The position numbers and the translations under genes were made by a program. DNA of 64,000 nucleotides from Dehalococcoidia bacterium. GTDB taxonomy: Bacteria; Chloroflexota; Dehalococcoidia; UBA2979. The first letter of the stretch is position 1; each line of letters opens with the position of its first letter. The notes below the pieces were generated by a model, which made no database searches, had not been told where the DNA came from, and saw nothing but the letters and a program-made list of their open reading frames with translations. The DNA is taken from contig OZ253555.1 in the NCBI GenBank assembly GCA_965262725.1, positions 192,001 to 256,000 of the forward strand. The letters are read 5' to 3'. Shown piece by piece: positions 58,440 through 64,000 of this stretch.

Positions 58440-59000
58440 GTGGAGCGACGACCAGCGAGCCTCATTCTCGACGCCAGTTGCCTGCTCAACCTCTATGCCA
58501 CTGAACGCTTCGGGGAGATCGCAGCGTCGTTGCGCGAGCAAGTCGCCGTCGCGGACTACGTCCTCGAGGGGGAAGCTCTCTTCATCCGCCGTGAGGCTTC
58601 GGCTGATGGGGAGGACGACCAAATCCTGGTGGACCTGTCTCCGTTTGTGTCCGAGGGCTTGGTCGAAGTGATGCGCCTGGCGAGTCCAAACGAAGAGACC
58701 ACGTTCGTGACTCTTGCCGCCCTGATCGACGACGGTGAGGCGGTGACCGCTGCTCTGGCCGTCCACCGTGGGTGCTCCGTCGCAACCGACGACCGCAAGG
58801 CTCGGCGTGTCATTGCTGAACAGGCCCCGAGGGTCCCGCTCGTCTCCACACTTGACCTCGTAAGCCAGTGGGCGGAGACGATGTCCGTGCCTCGAGGCGA
58901 GCTTCGGACCGCGCTGGCGCGCATGCGCTCCGGCGCTAGCTACGTGCCCGGTCCCCGCGATCCCCGCTACGGGTGGTGGCTGGAGGTCATGCAAGGCTAG
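58440..59000 (+). CDS. PIN-domain protein
   Basis: LILDASCLLN, DDGEA, ATDDRKAR PIN acidic motifs. Confidence 0.85.
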   Translation: MERRPASLILDASCLLNLYATERFGEIAASLREQVAVADYVLEGEALFIRREASADGEDDQILVDLSPFVSEGLVEVMRLASPNEETTFVTLAALIDDGEAVTAALAVHRGCSVATDDRKARRVIAEQAPRVPLVSTLDLVSQWAETMSVPRGELRTALARMRSGASYVPGPRDPRYGWWLEVMQG

Positions 59001-59373
59001 GCCGCGCCTGCCGCGAACAAGGCGCGTGAGCGATTGTTCTACCGCTGGAGCAGGGGTAGAGGAAGCTGCGCTCGTGCGAGAAGGGAGGGCGACAGGTTCA
59101 ACCCGGCGCTCTCGCTCTGAGCGCAGCGGCAGCCTCGCTCCCTCGGTGCCGGGCCACAACCTCGAGCCCAGGCGATGCCGCGTCCATGGCACGCCGGAAT
59201 ATCCCGCTCCGCATGCGCCGGTGAGTCGCGGACTGTCGAGCGTGATGGAGCTTGTGTTCGTCAGCGCGCTCCCCTCCAGCGCCGAAAGCACCGGCGGCGT
59301 TGACCGGCTTCGCAGTACTGCGTCGCGCGGTTCGCCGCTGGGGTCAGTCATCGCCGTTCACTGCCTCTGAGGT

Positions 59374-60597
59374 TCAGAGCACCCTCCACCACGGAGCGGC
59401 CAGCACGTCGGGCGCAAGCCATTCGACGTTGTCGCCAGCGTGCAGCAGGAGTCCCGCGCGGGCCCGGTCGCCGTACTCGGCTCGGAACGCGCGCAGGTGG
59501 ACGATATCGCGGAGCCGTGGCCGCGCCGTTGCCTGGACCTCGATCGGCAGCAGTTGTTCTCCCGCCTCGACCACGAAGTCGACCTCCTGGCCACCCGCTG
59601 TCCGCCAGTGGAAGAGCTCGGCGCGGTCGAGTCGCGCGTCCCGCCAGGTGAGCAGGTCGTGCAACACGACGTTCTCGAGGTGGGCGCCTCGCGGCTCTGG
59701 TTCCTGGGCGAGGTGCAACGCCACCCCGGTGTCGCCCCAGTAGAGTTTCGGGGACTTGATGAGCCGCTTCGTGCGGTTGACTGCGTACGCGGGGAGCCGC
59801 ACGAGCAGGTACGAGGTCTCCAGCAGGTTGAGGTAGCGGTGCACGGTGGGCTGCGACAGCGCGACGTCGCGGCCAAGGTCGGTCTGGTTCACGAGTTGAC
59901 CGATGCGCCGGCTGGAGGCGCGCATCAGGCGCCGGAAGTCGGGCAGCGCCGAGATCGACGAGATGTCCTGCAGGTCGCGCTCGAGGTAGGTCCGCACGTA
60001 GCCGTCGAACCAGATCGCGCGCTCCTGGTCGCCGTCGAGGTGGACGGCCGGCACGGGGAATCCCCCGCGCCGTGCCAGCAGGCGCCAGTCGTCGGCATCG
60101 TCCGGTTCGGCAGTCACGAGGTCGAGCCACGCGTCGTCCGGGCTGCCGAGCAACTGCTCCCAGATGCCACCCTGGCCCCGGCCGAGCTGCTCACGACGGG
60201 TCATGGGCCAGAGGTTGAGGTAACTCGCGCGCCCTGCGAGCGACTCGGAGACGCGGCGCATGAGCAGCAGGTTGGCTGAACCCGTGATGAGGAACTGCCC
60301 GGGCACGCGGCGCCGATCGATGGCCTGCTTTACCGCGTGCAGCAGATCCGGCTCGCGCTGCACCTCGTCGAGGGTGATCGGCCGGCTGCCGCCAAGAAGC
60401 GCCTGCGGGTCGCGGCGCGCGGTGTCGACCACGTCGAGGTCGTCGAGCGAGAGGAAGCGCCGCTCTCCCGGCGTGAGTTCCTGGGCGAGGGTGCTCTTGC
60501 CCGTCTGGCGCGCGCCAGTCAGCACGACGGCAGGCATGACGCGGAGCCGGGTCTCCAGGCTCGGTCCGGCCAAACGGGGAAGTAGCGACTCGCTCAT
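59374..60597 (-). CDS. AAA_14 ATPase with DUF4143 (PD-(D/E)xK-like) C-terminus
   Basis: GARQTGKST, LDEVQ, TGS, ESLAGR, KLYWGDTG, EVDFV..PIEVQ. Confidence 0.92.
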   Translation of the reverse strand: MSESLLPRLAGPSLETRLRVMPAVVLTGARQTGKSTLAQELTPGERRFLSLDDLDVVDTARRDPQALLGGSRPITLDEVQREPDLLHAVKQAIDRRRVPGQFLITGSANLLLMRRVSESLAGRASYLNLWPMTRREQLGRGQGGIWEQLLGSPDDAWLDLVTAEPDDADDWRLLARRGGFPVPAVHLDGDQERAIWFDGYVRTYLERDLQDISSISALPDFRRLMRASSRRIGQLVNQTDLGRDVALSQPTVHRYLNLLETSYLLVRLPAYAVNRTKRLIKSPKLYWGDTGVALHLAQEPEPRGAHLENVVLHDLLTWRDARLDRAELFHWRTAGGQEVDFVVEAGEQLLPIEVQATARPRLRDIVHLRAFRAEYGDRARAGLLLHAGDNVEWLAPDVLAAPWWRVL

Positions 60598-60603
60598 GGT
60601 GTG

Positions 60604-60636
60604 ATGATAGTCATTCTCGACGTGAATGACTATCAT
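60604..60636. promoter_or_regulatory. 13-bp perfect inverted repeat overlapping the AAA gene -10
   Basis: ATGATAGTCATTC-N7-GAATGACTATCAT. Confidence 0.75.
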
Positions 60637-60760
60637 TCGAGATTGGATATCATCGCTCGCAATCGAGGTGACGGGTAGGCGCGCCAGAGCGCGATCCCCA
60701 GCAGACGGCCAGCACCGCCAGCTCGGTACCCGGAGTCGGGCAGCAGCCCCGAGGCGCCTG

Positions 60761-60789
60761 CGAGCCCCAGTCCGCTTGACTGGGGCTCG
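60761..60789. terminator. Perfect 12-bp stem hairpin, possible terminator
   Basis: CGAGCCCCAGTC-cgctt-GACTGGGGCTCG; no U-tract. Confidence 0.45.
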
Positions 60790-61001
60790 GGGGCCGGCAG
60801 GCCGGCATGTCGCGGGCGGCCGCGGAGAGCCGGGCGCCGAGCGCGTGCCCGACCGGGAACCGGGGCCGACCTGGGCGGCCGGCGGCGATCGTCGACGGCG
60901 ACCTGACCGCGCTCGCGGGCTGCCGCGATGTGCCGGCGCTCCAGACGAGATGGTCGCTGAGCCTCATCACCCGCCACCGTGGCGGCGAGTGATGGCACGG
61001 A

Positions 61002-61408
61002 CTACGTCGCCTCGAAGGGATTCAGCACCTCGGCCCCGAGATGCTCGAAGTCGCTCACGTTCCGCGTGACGACCGTCAGCCGGTGGACTGAGGCCGTCGC
61101 CGCAATCATGGCGTCCTCGGCCATAGTCTCCGACCTCCGGTGCATGAGCCGCGCCCATTCCCGGAAGGCGGGCGCGTCCATCGGCACGACACCGTAGGAC
61201 GCGAGGATCTGGTCCAGCCAGGCGTCCAGCTCCGTCGCCTTGTCCTCATCCTGCTCGCGGGGGATCTCGATCCCCGCCTGCATCTCCCCACGGTCACCGA
61301 AGAGACGACGAGTTGCTCGGCCGGCACATCGGCGATCCACTCCAGCACGGCGCGGTGCGGGCGGGGGCGGCGCAGCTCGGAGACCACGTTGGTGTCGAGC
61401 AGGTACAC
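61002..61408 (-). pseudogene. vapC: VapC PIN toxin, frameshifted
   Basis: MYLLDTNVVSEL...SVTVG then EMQAGIE...DAMIAATA...VTRNVSDF in another frame; one base missing in the C run at 61286-61289. Confidence 0.85.
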
Positions 61409-61411
61409 GGG

Positions 61412-61672
61412 CTACTCGACGGACGAAGGCATTCGGCGGCGGTGCCGCTGGCGAGGCGGAGTGAGGTCATCGGTCCGTGCCCCGGGGGCCAGCAGCAACT
61501 GTTTCAGATCCGACCTCGTCATCCGCTCCAGCCTCCGCCACTGCTCGATGGGGAGGAGCACGGCGGTCTCCACGCCGCGCCGGGTGACGACCTGTGGTCC
61601 TTCGGCGAGGGCCCTGTCGAGGAACTCGCTGAACCTCGACTTAGCATCCTGGACCGGCCACGTTGTACTCAT
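61412..61672 (-). CDS. Phd/YefM-family antitoxin
   Basis: WPVQDAKSRFSEFLDRALAEGPQVVTRRG. Confidence 0.92.
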   Translation of the reverse strand: MSTTWPVQDAKSRFSEFLDRALAEGPQVVTRRGVETAVLLPIEQWRRLERMTRSDLKQLLLAPGARTDDLTPPRQRHRRRMPSSVE

Positions 61673-62124
61673 GCGTGACTCCCGATGCTCAGCATGCCGA
61701 CTAGCTACCAGCCTAGGCTGTTCGTCATCGATGTCAAAGAAGGATGCGCGATCTCCCGAGACGGACACGGGTGTGGTTACGTCGCGCGAAGCGCCGATCG
61801 AGTCCACCCGCACCGGTGACAGCCCCGTCATCGGGGGCCCCGCGATCGCCTGTTCGGCCCCCGCCGTCGTCGTCAGCGTCGTCGCCCCGAGGTCTTCGGG
61901 CGGAGCGACAGCGGGCGCTCCACCGTCGCGGAGAACGAGCAGGGACGCGACGGGCGTCGTCTACCGCCACCGGATCGGTGAGCGGCGACAGAACGTGCAG
62001 TGCACTGTGCCCCCATGAGGCAGCAGCGCAGACGCACCCGGCGCCGTCGGGCCGGTGACACGTCGGTTCGCTATCCTCGGCCCGCGCCCCGCGCGACGTA
62101 TCGGGGCGGGATGGAGGACCATAC

Positions 62125-63006
62125 ATGCGCCACTCGACCGCCTTGCGGAGCCGCCTGGACGGGCCGGAGATCATCGTGCTGCCGGGCGCCTACGACGCGC
62201 TCTCGGCCCGGCTCGCGCAGCGCGCCGGCTTCGACGCCCTGTTCACGACCGGGTTTGGCTTCTCGGCGGCCGCACTCGGCGCGCCCGACTACGGGCTCCT
62301 CACGGCCTCCGAGGTGCTCGACCGCGTGCGCCCCATCGTCGCGGCCGTCGACGTGCCGCTCGTGGCGGACATGGACACGGGCTACGGCAACCCGTTGAAC
62401 GTCGTGCGCACCGTCCGCGAGTGCGTGCAGGCGGACGTGGCGGGGATCATCCTGGAGGATCAGGAGTGGCCGAAGAGGTGCGGGCACTTCGAGGGCAAGC
62501 GCGTCATCCCCGCGGCCGAGCACGCCCAGAAGATCCGCGCCGCCGCCGACGCGCGCGGCGACGACGACCTGGTGATCATCGGCCGCACGGACGCGCGCGC
62601 ACCCCTCGGCCTGGACGAGGCGATCCGCCGCGGACGTCTCTACTCTGAGTCGGGCGCCGACGTGGTGTTCGTGGAGGCGCCGCAGTCCCTGGACGAGCTG
62701 AAGGCCGTGCGCGAGGCCATCCCCGACGCGCCGCTGTTCGCGAACATGATCGAGGGCGGCAAGACGCCACTCCTGACGAGCACGGAACTGCAAGACCTCG
62801 GCTACTCGATGGTGGTGTTCCCCCTGGGGGCGCTGTTCAGTGCAGCCCGTGCGATCGGGGAGACGTATCAGGCGCTCTTCGAGGCGAAGACGACGGCGAG
62901 CCGCATCGAGGCCATGGTGGGCTTCCACGAGTTCGAGGAGATCGTCGGCGTACCGGACTGGCGGGAGCTGGAGAGCCGCTACGGCCTCGCCGAGGACACC
63001 GCGTGA
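62125..63006 (+). CDS. Isocitrate lyase/PEP mutase family enzyme (PrpB-like)
   Basis: GAYDALSA, DMDTGYG, EDQ..PKRCGH, RTDA. Confidence 0.92.
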   Translation: MRHSTALRSRLDGPEIIVLPGAYDALSARLAQRAGFDALFTTGFGFSAAALGAPDYGLLTASEVLDRVRPIVAAVDVPLVADMDTGYGNPLNVVRTVRECVQADVAGIILEDQEWPKRCGHFEGKRVIPAAEHAQKIRAAADARGDDDLVIIGRTDARAPLGLDEAIRRGRLYSESGADVVFVEAPQSLDELKAVREAIPDAPLFANMIEGGKTPLLTSTELQDLGYSMVVFPLGALFSAARAIGETYQALFEAKTTASRIEAMVGFHEFEEIVGVPDWRELESRYGLAEDTA

Positions 63007-63130
63007 ACGATGGCGGAGTCCCCATGCCCGCCGTGAGCTGCCTCGGCCGTCTCACGGAATGCTAGCGGGCGTCCTGCCCCGGTAGTGGTGTGCGGCCGCG
63101 ATGTGTCCGGCTCAGTCCGTCGGATGAGAT

Positions 63131-63556
63131 TCAGAGAGGGTTGCGCCAGCGCAGGCCCGGGAATCGGCCGAAGTCCGCGTCGTTGGAGTGCAGTTCGGCC
63201 TGATACTCGATCGTGAGGGCGGCGATATGCGCGTCCGTCACGAGGTTGGCGCCGACGCCCGAGGCTATCAGGAGGCGGCGGAACAGCGTCAGGTGCTCCG
63301 CGCCGGGGTTGAGCGGCGTGACGTGGGGGAAGTCGAACCACTCCCGCACATAGTCAACGGCCTGCTCCGGCGTGCACGGCTCGCTGAGCACGCTGGAGTG
63401 GGTGAGTAGACGGACGAAGCCGGCCGCCACGATCCAGGGAACGCCAACCCGATCCGTACCGTTGAGGAGGTCTTCCCACCAGCGACGGGCGGGGGTGTGC
63501 AACGGCGTGGCGTCGTTGTGGGCGTAGATGAGCAGATTCAGGTCGGGGACGATCAC
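63131..63556 (-). CDS. vapC: VapC PIN toxin (intact)
   Basis: PDLNLLIYA, NLVTDAHIAAL, SNDADFGRFPGLRWRNPL. Confidence 0.93.
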   Translation of the reverse strand: MIVPDLNLLIYAHNDATPLHTPARRWWEDLLNGTDRVGVPWIVAAGFVRLLTHSSVLSEPCTPEQAVDYVREWFDFPHVTPLNPGAEHLTLFRRLLIASGVGANLVTDAHIAALTIEYQAELHSNDADFGRFPGLRWRNPL

Positions 63557-63810
63557 CCCGCGGACCGCTTCGCGAATGCTCCAGCCTCAAGCTCGTCGTT
63601 CAACTGGTTGAGCCGGAGCGGATCGACGCCGGGCTTGAAACCGCTCTGATTCGGGCGGACCCGGTAGGCGGGTCGCCCTTCCTCAACGGCCAGCGACATC
63701 CCCCGACGCAAGGCATCATTGACGACCTGCTTGAACGGCCGGTCCCGGAGACGAGCCTGCTCCCGCAGGGCGGCGGCGACATCGTCGTCGAGCGTCAGCG
63801 TGGTTCTCAT
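63553..63810 (-). CDS. vapB: VapB-type RHH antitoxin
   Basis: MRTTLTLDDDVAAAL...FKQVVNDALRRG; upstream palindrome CACATCATGATGTG (63814-63827). Confidence 0.9.
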   Translation of the reverse strand: MRTTLTLDDDVAAALREQARLRDRPFKQVVNDALRRGMSLAVEEGRPAYRVRPNQSGFKPGVDPLRLNQLNDELEAGAFAKRSAG

Positions 63811-64000
63811 CGGCACATCATGATGTGTGATCAGTACGATGTCTAGATGCCGACACCGGTCTCGAGCTGAGTGGCGAATCCCCCAGAGGATGGCGCTCAC
63901 CAGTCCCCGCCGCCTGATGACGAACGATCTGACAGCTCATGGAACCATCCGGACGCGGCGAGCGTATATCTTGGCAAGGAGGGTACCGGCGCACATCGAC

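Noticed and set aside
59001-59370. Small ORFs or structured RNA after the PIN gene
   Set aside because: No recognisable motif or codon bias; likely decayed sequence.

Overview
High-GC bacterial chromosome segment near the replication origin. Gene content and an AGAAC-N4-GTTCT LexA box suggest Chloroflexota, probably Dehalococcoidia-like (inference). Bases 1-51.4 kb are mostly core genes: a heterodimeric ABC exporter, ruvB, dsbA-vkor, dnaJ-hspR-clp, secA, prs, valS, an 11-subunit complex I operon without nuoEFG, tRNA-Thr, glnR-glnA-glnA2, rpmH-rnpA-yidD-[beta-propeller lipoprotein]-yidC-jag and parAB with a perfect parS. From about 51.5 kb to the end is a less GC-rich accessory region with an IS21 element, a decapitated two-component system and four PIN-toxin modules, two of whose toxins are broken. 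Main signals missed by the ORF track: (1) a selenocysteine peroxiredoxin with an in-frame TGA at the catalytic position and a SECIS-like hairpin; (2) an actinobacterial-type GlnR with four 11-bp-spaced boxes ahead of two glutamine synthetases, the second lacking a catalytic Arg; (3) an IS21 joining a truncated response regulator to an 8-codon vapC stump; (4) several genes with a leaderless promoter geometry; (5) tRNA 3'-end scars. All product calls come from motif recognition only; no searches were run.
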